A DNA stretch of 64,000 bases from a candidate division WOR-3 bacterium. Lineage in GTDB: Bacteria; Hydrothermota; UBA3072. The stretch spans positions 68,086 to 132,085 of the forward strand of contig JAFGHJ010000006.1 in NCBI GenBank assembly GCA_016930175.1, given 5' to 3'. Numbering within the stretch: position 1 is the first letter of the stretch; each line of letters opens with the position of its first letter. The notes under the pieces are model-generated. The model did not search any database. It was not told the origin of the DNA and was given only the letters and a program-made list of their open reading frames with translations. Below are positions 48,867-59,043 of the stretch, one piece after another. A program made the translations under genes and the position numbers.

Positions 48867-49960
48867 TGTTTTTTAAATTTGTAATAAGCGGCACAGGTAC
48901 CTTCCGAGGAGACCATACAGGGACCGATGGGACTTTCCGGAGTGCAGATTTTTGAAAATAATGTGCATTCAAAAGGCTTTTTTGTGCCACACAGCACTTG
49001 TCCGCAGATACATTGTGGGTGGGTTTTTGTTTTTTCTACTTTTACATTTATTTTCTTCTCTGCATCGAATTCCGAGTAAGCCTTTTTTATGTATAAACCT
49101 GATTTTGGTAGAAGGCCAAGTCCTCTCCAGGGGGAATCTTTGATATCGAAAACTTTATTCATTAGAGAAAGGGCTTTTTTGTTACCTTCTCTGCGAACCA
49201 CTCTCTTATATTGATTTTCTACTTTGCTCTTATCTTTTTCTACGATTTGTCTAACAAGCATTTCGATTCCTTCTAAAAGGTCTATCGGCTCGAAGCCAAT
49301 TATAACGGAAGGAATGCCGTATTTATCTACTATTGGCTGGTAGGGAGTTTCTCCGATGATGGCACTTACATGCCCGGGACAGATAAACCCGTCTATTTTT
49401 ATCTCTCCGCTTTCCAACAGGCTCTGCATTGCAGGTGGAATTAGTTTGTGTCCGGAAAGAACAAAGAAATTTTTTAATTTTTCCTCATTTGCCCTCAGGA
49501 TTGTTGAGGCAACTAAAGGAGCGGTGGTCTCAAAACCGACGCCGAGAAAAACGACTTTTTTACCGGGATTTTTTCGCGCGATTTCGAGACTTTCAAGAGG
49601 GGAATAAACTATTTTTACTTTTGCCCCATTTGCCTTTTCTTTTTCCAAAGAGGAAGATGACCCCGGGACTTTAATCATATCTCCGAAAGTTGTTATTATT
49701 ACCTCGGGAAGGCGGCTGTAAGCGATAGCCGTATCTATATATTCATTTGGGGTTACGCATACCGGGCATCCCGGTCCCGAAAGATGTTCTATTTTGTCTG
49801 AAAGAAGGCTCATAATGCCTGAATGAAAAATTGAATGCGTGTGTGTTCCGCAAACTTCCATCAAAGAAATTTTTCCTTTATAGTCTTTTAAATAGTCATT
49901 TGTTTTATCGGCTATTTTTTTGGATAAGTTCTTATTCCTGTATTCGGTTATATATTTCAT
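48863..49960 (-). CDS. hypD: Hydrogenase maturation factor
   Basis: 365 aa. The CGxH (EVCGTHTHS) and GPGCPVC motifs are present. Confidence 0.9.
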   Translation of the reverse strand: MKYITEYRNKNLSKKIADKTNDYLKDYKGKISLMEVCGTHTHSIFHSGIMSLLSDKIEHLSGPGCPVCVTPNEYIDTAIAYSRLPEVIITTFGDMIKVPGSSSSLEKEKANGAKVKIVYSPLESLEIARKNPGKKVVFLGVGFETTAPLVASTILRANEEKLKNFFVLSGHKLIPPAMQSLLESGEIKIDGFICPGHVSAIIGETPYQPIVDKYGIPSVIIGFEPIDLLEGIEMLVRQIVEKDKSKVENQYKRVVRREGNKKALSLMNKVFDIKDSPWRGLGLLPKSGLYIKKAYSEFDAEKKINVKVEKTKTHPQCICGQVLCGTKKPFECTLFSKICTPESPIGPCMVSSEGTCAAYYKFKKQ

Positions 49961-50181
49961 TGTTTTTGTATTTCTGCGATTTCTTCCCAGACGGCAAGCG
50001 TCTTTTTTGCTTCTTCTTCGTTTAGTTTTTCTATGGCGAAACCGGCATGTATTATAAGATAGTCCCCTATCTCGACTTCCTTTAGAAGGTCCAAGCTTAT
50101 TTCTTTTTTTACTCCTGAAAGCTCGACTATGCCTTTACTTCCTTCTATTTTTACGAGCTTCATTGGTATCGCGAGACACAT
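49957..50181 (-). CDS. hypC: Hydrogenase maturation factor
   Basis: 74 aa. N-terminal MCLAIP (essential Cys2). Overlaps the hypD start. Confidence 0.85.
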   Translation of the reverse strand: MCLAIPMKLVKIEGSKGIVELSGVKKEISLDLLKEVEIGDYLIIHAGFAIEKLNEEEAKKTLAVWEEIAEIQKQ

Positions 50182-50224
50182 TGTTTTTTCCCTTTTGAAC
50201 TTAAGTTAACTTTTATTATTTGAA

Positions 50225-50540
50225 AATCAACCCACCCCACACCATTTTTTTGCCACAGAGCGCACAGAGGAAAAACAAACACACAGAGAAAAGAAAAAAA
50301 AGAAGTTGTGTTGTGTAAAGCCCACCACACAGCCCCAAATTAATCTCACACAGAGGACACTAAGTACACAAAGTTTTTCTTTGTTTTTTCTTGAGCCCTT
50401 GAAACCTCGAAACCTTAATTAAACAACAGAGGCAACAGAGAAAAAAGGAAATTGTATTATTTAAAATCCTGCACTCCCCACCTTATTAATCTTACACAGA
50501 GACACGGAGAACACGGAGCCGCCCCGCACAACAAAATTAA
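50225..50540 (-). repeat. Two minus-oriented members of the CTCTGTG / A-run / G-rich composite repeat family, at the trailer end of the CRISPR array
   Basis: On the + strand: cccaccccacaccatttttttgccacagagcgcacagaggaaaaacaaacacacagagaaaag at 50239-50300 and ctccccacc...cacagagacacggagaacacggag at 50487-50520. These are reverse complements of CTCTGTG..CTCTGTGG + A-run + GGGG..GGG, as seen at 41420 and 62590. Confidence 0.45.
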
Positions 50541-50772
50541 TATTATTATTAAAACCCTCAACTCATCCCAGAATCAGAAACAACAAATCACACGAATAAC
50601 ACGAATCAAAATTTTGTTTTTCCCTACTTTCCATGAAGTTTATAAGAGGGGGAAAAAACAGAGAACTTCGCCTCACCGTCATAAATTGTTCACGGATTTT
50701 TTATTGTTTTCTTTAACTCGAAACTATAAAAAAGGAACTCAAAACAAGATCTTTTTTGCTTTTTCTATACAA

Positions 50773-53504
50773 GATTCAATTCCTCATAGGTAGGATTGGA
50801 AGAGGATATGTAGAAGCTGACGCCGAGATCGCAGTCAAATTTCAATTCCTCATAGGTAGGATTGGAAGATATGGACTTTTATCGAACCAGACACGCTTGA
50901 TACGCATTTCAATTCCTCATAGGTAGGATTGGAAGTGTACGTTCCATGTAACAAGCGATAAGATATGATTTATTTCAATTCCTCATAGGTAGGATTGGAA
51001 GCGGGAAATAGAGCGTCATAATTTCTTCATAAACTTCATTTCAATTCCTCATAGGTAGGATTGGAAGATTCCCTACGCCACCTCCACCAATAAAATCTTT
51101 TAGATTTCAATTCCTCATAGGTAGGATTGGAAGCCGAACCCAAAAGAAAGAATCCTCTTGTTTTATATATTTCAATTCCTCATAGGTAGGATTGGAAGAC
51201 GGAATTAGATCTAATACGTTTGAAACAAAAATCATTTCAATTCCTCATAGGTAGGATTGGAAGTACCATTACCTAAAGTTATTGATTCTTTTATGTATGA
51301 ATTTCAATTCCTCATAGGTAGGATTGGAAGGAACCATCGGATTACCGTGTCCGGTTCCGGTCTTGTCTGATTTCAATTCCTCATAGGTAGGATTGGAAGT
51401 AAACAACCCCAAGAAGCCGCAGCCGAGCTTGCCCTGATTTCAATTCCTCATAGGTAGGATTGGAAGTTAAAGGATTGTCTCCCGCCACAACAGAATTACT
51501 CCATTTCAATTCCTCATAGGTAGGATTGGAAGTCAGGGTCGGTAGGGTCAAGGACAACCGCATAAACTCATTTCAATTCCTCATAGGTAGGATTGGAAGG
51601 TAAGGATCCATATCAAAACGCCAAAACTTATTAGGATTTCAATTCCTCATAGGTAGGATTGGAAGAAGACTTGATTCCGAACTTGCTATCATATTTATAT
51701 TTCAATTCCTCATAGGTAGGATTGGAAGATCAAATTTTTTCATTCTACCCCCTCGTCTTGGGATATTTCAATTCCTCATAGGTAGGATTGGAAGTTAGAC
51801 AAACTGGAGTCCCTATGAGCGTGTGTGAGATTTCAATTCCTCATAGGTAGGATTGGAAGTAATCATTCATATAGGAATGGTCGGAAGTAATAGAATTTCA
51901 ATTCCTCATAGGTAGGATTGGAAGCTTTTTTATTTTCTTGGCTACATTCATAAGCAATTTATTTCAATTCCTCATAGGTAGGATTGGAAGATAAAGTATA
52001 TCCGTACCCCAATCGGCACTACAAATATTTCAATTCCTCATAGGTAGGATTGGAAGAATTCCATGCACCGAGTTTACGCACCCAAAATGTATATTTCAAT
52101 TCCTCATAGGTAGGATTGGAAGGGAAGTTGTACTATATACCAGACACGCTTGATACGCATTTCAATTCCTCATAGGTAGGATTGGAAGCAATTCTCGCAA
52201 TCTTCGCAAGATGGTACTATCAAAATTTCAATTCCTCATAGGTAGGATTGGAAGGCTTTCATGCTTTCGCTATCCAACAGGGAAGCATCATTTCAATTCC
52301 TCATAGGTAGGATTGGAAGAAACTTATCCAAGCCGCTTTCGCCGCCGCTATTATCATTTCAATTCCTCATAGGTAGGATTGGAAGGGAACGATAGGAGAA
52401 CAAAATGAACCCGAATAATTGATTTCAATTCCTCATAGGTAGGATTGGAAGGCGGTGTAGTCCCTAAACTCTATTATTATGACAGATTTCAATTCCTCAT
52501 AGGTAGGATTGGAAGTATGTTTAATCCCGGTTTATATAATCCAAACAATAAGGATTTCAATTCCTCATAGGTAGGATTGGAAGGCGTAGACGATGTAGGT
52601 ATCTCCTTCAGTAGTAATGTATTTCAATTCCTCATAGGTAGGATTGGAAGCGTATGGATAACCCCATATTGTACCCGGAGCGTTGTTAGATTTCAATTCC
52701 TCATAGGTAGGATTGGAAGACGCTTATAATACAAACTCCACAAATATTTCTAAAATTTCAATTCCTCATAGGTAGGATTGGAAGATCGAAAAAGAACGGA
52801 AAACTTACAAAATGCGCGATTTCAATTCCTCATAGGTAGGATTGGAAGATAGTTCTGCGGGTCATATTCCGGTTGCTTACGATATTTCAATTCCTCATAG
52901 GTAGGATTGGAAGACAGTTAGGGGAATTCAAACACAGAAACGGAATATCATTTCAATTCCTCATAGGTAGGATTGGAAGGACTTAGCTCTCGCAACTTCT
53001 ATATGGCAATTCGAGCATTTCAATTCCTCATAGGTAGGATTGGAAGTGCCAAAGCAACGAATATGGCTGTTGAGGATGTTCATTTCAATTCCTCATAGGT
53101 AGGATTGGAAGAAGAGTCAGGTGTAAACCGACAAACTGTGTATCAAATTTCAATTCCTCATAGGTAGGATTGGAAGGCTGTTAGAGAATCAATACCGGTA
53201 TTTGCTTTTAGATTTCAATTCCTCATAGGTAGGATTGGAAGCAAACAGGTACACGAACAAGCCATACTGTTGCATCATTTCAATTCCTCATAGGTAGGAT
53301 TGGAAGGTACCACTTATCGCCTCTTTTCCGTATGCTTCCCATATTTCAATTCCTCATAGGTAGGATTGGAAGCAATAACACCTGTTTTTTTACGAGTGAT
53401 TCTTATTGCATTTCAATTCCTCATAGGTAGGATTGGAAGTGAAGAAGTCACAAACTCCCATTGTCCCTTGCTCCATTTCAATTCCTCATAGGTAGGATTG
53501 GAAG
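50773..53504 (-). CRISPR. CRISPR array with 42 repeats of 30 bp and 41 spacers of 33-39 bp. Consensus on the + strand is ATTTCAATTCCTCATAGGTAGGATTGGAAG.
   Basis: I counted the repeats directly, first at 50773 and last at 53475, with a period of about 66 bp. The first repeat is degenerate (GATTCAATTCC...), which marks the leader-distal end. That places the leader next to cas2, so transcription is on the minus strand: CTTCCAATCCTACCTATGAGGAATTGAAAT, ending in an ATTGAAAT-type handle typical of type I-B. Confidence 0.95.
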
Positions 53505-53667
53505 TCGTCGAGTATAGCTGTTTTAAGGGGTTCCTTTTTTGTCTTTTTATACAACTATACATAATAATATTGTAAGATTTTTTAAAGATTTTGTCAATAG
53601 TGAGTTTAGTGAGATTTTGTATGTTCGTCGGTTCTCTGATTTTTTTACGTTATTATAGGTCGACGAA
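53505..53667 (-). promoter_or_regulatory. CRISPR leader
   Basis: A 163-bp AT-rich non-coding segment between the cas2 stop and the first full-consensus repeat. The repeats adjacent to it are perfect, while the distal repeat is degenerate. Confidence 0.55.
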
Positions 53668-53931
53668 TTAAATAAATGAGGATATTTCACTTTTTTCTTT
53701 TCCCATTATTTCTTTATTCAAATATTTTGTGGTTCTCATCTTATAAAAAACAACCGAATCTTTATCTTTTTCTATAATTTCTTTCAAGTCAGCCTTTAAT
53801 TCTTCCAATTTAGCTTTTGTTATCTCTCCTTCAAATACCGAATTCTGTATCCAGTTAAGATATTTTCGGCAGGTTTTTAATACCTTTGCGACTCTGTCTT
53901 CTTCTATATCATACACGAGAATTAAATACAT
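53668..53931 (-). CDS. cas2: CRISPR-associated endoribonuclease Cas2
   Basis: MYLILVYDIEEDRVAKVLKTCRKYLNWIQNSVFEGEIT is the canonical Cas2 N-terminus. The start is at the internal Met; the listed ORF is extended to 54009 and would overlap cas1. Confidence 0.9.
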   Translation of the reverse strand: MYLILVYDIEEDRVAKVLKTCRKYLNWIQNSVFEGEITKAKLEELKADLKEIIEKDKDSVVFYKMRTTKYLNKEIMGKEKSEISSFI

Positions 53932-53938
53932 GGTTTCG

Positions 53939-54934
53939 TCACCATCTTGCCACCCACGGGCTATATTTTTTATCGCCAAGAAGGTGTTTTTCAATTTTAT
54001 ACGCTTCAAGACGTATTAATCTTCGGTATGAGACATTGCGTTTTAAATCGGGATGCTTTATGGTCTGTTCCATCCTATTGTCAAATTCCCTGAGATATGT
54101 TTCCCTTCCTTTATCGCTAAGGTAAGTTCCTTTCATCTTTGAATCAAAGTCGTCTTTGTTTATCATTTTCTTATTTATTAATGTGAATATTATTCTGTCT
54201 GCTATTATTGGTTTAAATATTTCCGCCAAATCCAGATTTAAAGAAAAGTTTCTGAAATTAGTAGAATGTAAAAATCCGATTCTCGGGTCGAGATGGGTTT
54301 TGTAAATTTCGCTTAAAGTCGCGATATAAATCAGAGAATTACCGAAACTTATTAAAGCATTAAGTCTATTTCTCGGCGGTTGTTTTGAACGCCTATCAAA
54401 GGAAAAATCTTCATTGTTCAGTATCGCGTCGAATGCCCCGTAATAAATATCACGACAGTTGCCTTCCATCCCCATAAGTTCCTGGATGTTGTTAACCTTA
54501 TAAATATTTTCTTTTATGTTTTCAATATTTTCAATCCTTTGTTTAAGATCAGAACCCCTGTTATTGTAATATCCGAGTACTTTCATAATATTTTCAATCG
54601 CGCCCTCGACAAATTTTCTCGCGATTTCAAGTCTTTTTTCTTTATCCTGATAAAAAGTCGCCTGCGCCAATATAGTGCATCCGGAATTGTTGTGTTCTCT
54701 CGGATAAAACGTTCCCGAATAATATCCGTAATAGTTGAAAAAGTGTAGTAAAATTCCCTGTTGAGAAATAAAATCGAGGAGTTTTTTATTGATGGAAATT
54801 TCTCCGAATATGAGTATCTCCTGTGTGTTTTCTACGGGGACATATTTCCTTTTGCCGTCTTCAGTTTCGAAATACAGGGTGTTTTGTCTTCTATGTAAAG
54901 TTCCGTTTGAAGTTACATATAAACTTTTCATCAA
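53939..54934 (-). CDS. cas1: CRISPR-associated integrase Cas1
   Basis: 331 aa. LYVTSNGTLHRRQNTLYFE at the N-terminus and a C-terminal alpha-helical catalytic domain, matching Cas1 of type I-B/I-A/III-associated loci. Confidence 0.95.
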   Translation of the reverse strand: MMKSLYVTSNGTLHRRQNTLYFETEDGKRKYVPVENTQEILIFGEISINKKLLDFISQQGILLHFFNYYGYYSGTFYPREHNNSGCTILAQATFYQDKEKRLEIARKFVEGAIENIMKVLGYYNNRGSDLKQRIENIENIKENIYKVNNIQELMGMEGNCRDIYYGAFDAILNNEDFSFDRRSKQPPRNRLNALISFGNSLIYIATLSEIYKTHLDPRIGFLHSTNFRNFSLNLDLAEIFKPIIADRIIFTLINKKMINKDDFDSKMKGTYLSDKGRETYLREFDNRMEQTIKHPDLKRNVSYRRLIRLEAYKIEKHLLGDKKYSPWVARW

Positions 54935-54940
54935 TTTCTC

Positions 54941-55453
54941 CTATGTGAAACAGAATTCAAAATATGCGCATTTTCTGCAAAATTTTGACCTTTTTAATTC
55001 CGGAGGAGTATCGAGTAAAATCAGTTCTTCGGTTTCGTTCACTAATTTTTTTATTTCTTCTTCTAATTCCGCATCGAGTTCTACGGTCTCTCTTTTTCTT
55101 TCTTTTGGCAAAAGCAATCTTCCTTTCGCTTCAAGCCCCATTTCTTTTAATCTGTAGAGATAATATGCTATCTGCATTATTGCCGCTTTTTTCCCGGCGG
55201 ATGATTTTTTGATTTCACATATCATCGGACTTCCTTCTGATTCTTCGATTAAATCGATTTTCATATTATCTATCGTTATAGATTTCTTTTGTCTCTTATA
55301 AGAAGTTTCATCTATGGTTCTTCCTATCGAAACATTTGAATAATCCTGTTCTGGATTTATACTTCTGCTCTGAAACCACGCTTTTCGTTTGCAAATGCAA
55401 TAGGCATTTATGAGGGAGGGGGTGATGTTGGATATCTGGTTATTCTGATGCAT
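54941..55453 (-). CDS. cas4: CRISPR-associated exonuclease Cas4
   Basis: 170 aa with the RecB-like nuclease core. The N-terminal Cys (YCICKRKAWF) and C-terminal CRKCAYFEFC form the Fe-S cluster pattern (DUF83). Confidence 0.85.
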   Translation of the reverse strand: MHQNNQISNITPSLINAYCICKRKAWFQSRSINPEQDYSNVSIGRTIDETSYKRQKKSITIDNMKIDLIEESEGSPMICEIKKSSAGKKAAIMQIAYYLYRLKEMGLEAKGRLLLPKERKRETVELDAELEEEIKKLVNETEELILLDTPPELKRSKFCRKCAYFEFCFT

Positions 55454-55570
55454 TTTTTTGAAATGGAAGGTTTTCTGATGCCCTATGGTTAGATAATCTT
55501 ATGGTCAAGAAACAGCCTTTCGGTGCGAAACTAGAATACATTTATAAGCTTTTCTGTGATATATATGTCT

Positions 55571-56263
55571 TCATGTTTGACTTATCTTTGAAAGTAAAGT
55601 AAAGTTTCTGTTTGCTGTTTCAATCTTGAAAGGTAGAAGATAGTACCGTTCTTTCCTTTTTGTTTTTGTTCGGTTATAAGTATTTACATTGTCAAAGCTG
55701 AGAGTTTCGTCAAAATCATCCATTATAGTAATCAATCCCGGGACAAGATTAGTAATTTTGTCATCAAGAAGTCTTGAATATTCTTTCCCTATATTTACAC
55801 TTTCTATAAATTTAATAAACTGAAAGAAGCATCCTTTCTTGCCGAAATAGTTTATCCGCGGAAACCACTGCTTCAAAAAATCTTTTGTTTTTTTGTTTTG
55901 AATCGTAACAGCGGTTTTCATATCCCCAGCAAGGTACACATATTCCCTGAATCCTACCGTGGGCTGAAAATTTATCTCTGGATGTTTTTTCTTTGTTTCT
56001 GAATGAGGCTCTTTTTGTATCTTCAAAAAACAGTTGTTCACTACTAATTTTTCTGGAAGAGAAAACCGTATATCTAAAGCTCTGATTAAGCTAAATTTAC
56101 CCATTGCTAATTGGAGTGAGTCATAAGTGATAATTGCATTTAGTAGCGCCATTTTTACCGCATACGGTGAAGGTGTGAGGAGGGTCTTGGCCCCAGAACT
56201 TGTGGCTTGACTCTGCTTCAGGGAGAAAAGAGTAGTTGGTCTAAAAACAGTTTCTAACCACAT
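55571..56263 (-). CDS. cas5: Cas5 (DevS/Cas5t-like) Cascade subunit
   Basis: 230 aa. The N-terminal FRPTTLFSLKQSQATSSGAKTLLTPSPYAVKMALLNA fits the Cas5 glycine-rich/RAMP N-terminal signature. It sits between cas7 and cas4. Confidence 0.6.
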   Translation of the reverse strand: MWLETVFRPTTLFSLKQSQATSSGAKTLLTPSPYAVKMALLNAIITYDSLQLAMGKFSLIRALDIRFSLPEKLVVNNCFLKIQKEPHSETKKKHPEINFQPTVGFREYVYLAGDMKTAVTIQNKKTKDFLKQWFPRINYFGKKGCFFQFIKFIESVNIGKEYSRLLDDKITNLVPGLITIMDDFDETLSFDNVNTYNRTKTKRKERYYLLPFKIETANRNFTLLSKISQT

Positions 56264-56276
56264 AAGTATACCTTCT

Positions 56277-57242
56277 TCATAACTTCAATGGTTCTGTGCT
56301 ATTTATAATAACTTGAAGTTTTTCAGCGAATTCTTTTGGGGAGAGAAAATTTTCAATGGTTATACTATCTTTTGCAATCTTATTAAGGTTTGCAGATATT
56401 TCTGTTATTTCCTCATTGTAGTTATCATTTAATGCGCTTATAGTTGGGGCAGGAATAGAATTCGACGAATAAGAAATCACTCCCTCAAAATTTACTATAT
56501 GGGGATTTTGTGTGTTTCTCATTGCTCCCGTAGGCTTTAGAAAAGTATAAAGAATGGATTTGAGCAATGCTTCATACCGTGATTGCCTTTCGTTATCATT
56601 AATGGCATAAGTTTTTGATATATCGTTGTATCCTATACGGCAGGTGTCAAAGTTAGAAACCAAAGCGTATATGCCCGAATTTGCAGGACGATGAAAAATA
56701 TTTTGTCCTATGTTTGCTCCTTCTTCTCCCTCACCAGTTTCTTTCCCTGCATTTGGGACAAGCTTAACATGGAAAAAATTCTCTGTTTTGCTTGCTTCTG
56801 GTAATGCAATAAGCCAACCAAACTCCGCTATAGATTTTCTGGGAAGATTTTTGTTGTTATTGGTTATAAGAATTCCTTCCATATCGTCAATAACACAGGT
56901 CTTTAATAAAAGTTCCATTACTTTCTCATCAGGATCTTCTTTTTTGAATGCTTTCGTAAATTTCTCGTCCCCGGTTATTCTGTTGGCATTGAAAACTTTA
57001 CAGGAATTGCAAAGTTTAAGTCTTGTTTCTTTGGCTACATTATATAGATGTTGTGCCTGAATGTGTTTTAACATATCTCCACTTACAGCATTCACTGTAA
57101 CTGGCTTTCCTTCTTTATCAATGATTGTCACCTGTCTGGTCAAAATTTGATTTCCTTCTCCCCCCTCATTATTAAGGGAATGCATATTAAGGGTAATTCT
57201 TCCGCTGATAGATAGAGAACTTATTCTTTTTTTATCTGCCAT
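56277..57242 (-). CDS. cas7: Cas7 (Cst2/DevR family) Cascade backbone subunit
   Basis: 321 aa. The N-terminus SGRITLNMHSLNNEGGEGN is the DevR/Cst2-type Cas7 signature. Confidence 0.75.
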   Translation of the reverse strand: MADKKRISSLSISGRITLNMHSLNNEGGEGNQILTRQVTIIDKEGKPVTVNAVSGDMLKHIQAQHLYNVAKETRLKLCNSCKVFNANRITGDEKFTKAFKKEDPDEKVMELLLKTCVIDDMEGILITNNNKNLPRKSIAEFGWLIALPEASKTENFFHVKLVPNAGKETGEGEEGANIGQNIFHRPANSGIYALVSNFDTCRIGYNDISKTYAINDNERQSRYEALLKSILYTFLKPTGAMRNTQNPHIVNFEGVISYSSNSIPAPTISALNDNYNEEITEISANLNKIAKDSITIENFLSPKEFAEKLQVIINSTEPLKL

Positions 57243-57261
57243 CTTAACCTCCTTTAGTGAG

Positions 57262-59043
57262 TTATTTGATTTTACTATTTTTTGTAATCTCTTCTTTTCT
57301 TTCTAAGGCATAGCCATAAGCAGTAAGAAGTTTTCCAACAACTGATGGACCATATTTATCTATAAGCTCGATAATATCCTTCATGTCTTCTGTCTTTACC
57401 GTTGCTCTGACTTTGCCAGAAGTGAAATCTTGAGGATGCTTTTCTACATACCTTGCTGTCTCAGCATTGTAAAGAGCAATAAATTCAGAGAGATATTCAA
57501 CGAGGTCTCTTTTGTATGGTGATTTTCTCTTCAAGTTTTGTGCTACTCCATAATGTACATCAAATCTTTTATCTCCTTTTACTTTTGCATACTGGGCGCC
57601 TATTGTTGAATTTCTTATTGCCTTTGCTATATTCTGAAATCCCTGTGATTCCAAAATAGGTTTGAACCTTTCTTCAGTCATAAAGACCTCCCTTAGGTTT
57701 TTAACTGTGAAAGTCTTAAGATACATTTTTCTTTTGTCTGTTTTTTTTCTATCTATGTCTTCTGTTAACAGAGAAGCATAATCAAAATTGAATTCAAAGA
57801 ACTCGTCCCAATTACCAGCGGAAAGAAATTGGCGGTAATGTTGCAACAACGAAGTAGTAGAGCTGTTTTCTTCTTTGATTTGTTTCATTATCTCTAAATG
57901 GTTGTTAAGAATTTTGATCCATTTTTTACCTTCTTCATAAGAACCTATTTCGATGAATTTCGGCAGTTTTAGATAACCAATATTAGCGATAGATTTATTT
58001 TGTCCCATGTTTTTTTGATAGGCGGTCTTGAACCCTTGAACAAGATTTTGAGGATTTAAACGTTTTGAAAATGATGGCCGCATATTTTGATATTCAGGTA
58101 AAAATTCGATTAGATTTTTTGTATAATAAAGAATTGCTATAATATCCATTTTAAATGGCTTATTCCCTACGACAAGAGGTTTGAAATTTTTATAGATAGT
58201 AGAAAGTCTCGTATACTCTATATTAAAAGGTTCAATAACGTAATATTTGGTATCCCAATCTTTATTACTTACTTTTATATCTTTTATTACCATACTATTA
58301 TAAATTCCTATTATCTTAAGGTATTCTTTAATCCAGAAAGAAGAAATATTACTTAGAGCAATAGAATTTGATTTAGGAAAATTCACCCCTTTTCCTTGAT
58401 GTGGATTGAATATTTGAAGAGCAGTAATTTTGTCAAAATTTAGATTATATTGTTTTGATAAATTTTTTAAATCTTCTTTCACATTTTCTTCATTATTCAA
58501 TGGCAAACTATAAAGAAGTAATATTTCTTTTAATATAAGATGGTACTGTTTTCTGTTCTTGTATACATTATTTAGAATTTTATGGTAACCTGTAATGTTC
58601 TTGGGATCACGAATTTTTGAGAAAATATCAAAATCGGGATGTGGTTTTTCAAGTTCCGCAAGCAATCTTGCTTGTTTGTTTTTATCTCTTTCTTTATGAT
58701 AAATTTCATCACGTCTTTTTTTGAATATATCTCTCTTTTCTTTTTCGTTTTCATAATAAATTATTTGTCCGGAGAGATCTCTATTTTTGTCCGTTTTTAT
58801 CTTTATATAAGGAAAAACAAAGTAATTAGTGTTTTTTACCATCTTTTCGGTTATATTAATGTTAGATGATACGCTATAATAAGCACCTTCATCCTTTATC
58901 TTTATATTTACGTTATCAATTTTGTTATTATCAAATATATGAGATAAGATTTTTGCTAAACCATAAGTTTCAAGTGTTTCTGAATAAGTCCCTGAATCTT
59001 TCGTAACAAAATATTTATTTTGATACATCTTTGTCCTCCGCAT
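57262..59043 (-). CDS. cas8: Large Cascade subunit Cas8 (Cas8b/Cmx8/DevT-like). Assigned by position and size only.
   Basis: 593 aa and AT-rich, sitting between cas3 and cas7, which is where the large subunit sits in Dev/Myxan-type I-B loci. I recognise no diagnostic motif by eye. Confidence 0.5.
   Translation of the reverse strand: MRRTKMYQNKYFVTKDSGTYSETLETYGLAKILSHIFDNNKIDNVNIKIKDEGAYYSVSSNINITEKMVKNTNYFVFPYIKIKTDKNRDLSGQIIYYENEKEKRDIFKKRRDEIYHKERDKNKQARLLAELEKPHPDFDIFSKIRDPKNITGYHKILNNVYKNRKQYHLILKEILLLYSLPLNNEENVKEDLKNLSKQYNLNFDKITALQIFNPHQGKGVNFPKSNSIALSNISSFWIKEYLKIIGIYNSMVIKDIKVSNKDWDTKYYVIEPFNIEYTRLSTIYKNFKPLVVGNKPFKMDIIAILYYTKNLIEFLPEYQNMRPSFSKRLNPQNLVQGFKTAYQKNMGQNKSIANIGYLKLPKFIEIGSYEEGKKWIKILNNHLEIMKQIKEENSSTTSLLQHYRQFLSAGNWDEFFEFNFDYASLLTEDIDRKKTDKRKMYLKTFTVKNLREVFMTEERFKPILESQGFQNIAKAIRNSTIGAQYAKVKGDKRFDVHYGVAQNLKRKSPYKRDLVEYLSEFIALYNAETARYVEKHPQDFTSGKVRATVKTEDMKDIIELIDKYGPSVVGKLLTAYGYALERKEEITKNSKIK

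Noticed and set aside
51381-51563. ORF of 60 aa inside the CRISPR array
   Set aside because: It spans repeats and spacers. The repeated LTSNPTYEEL peptide simply reflects translation of the repeat unit.
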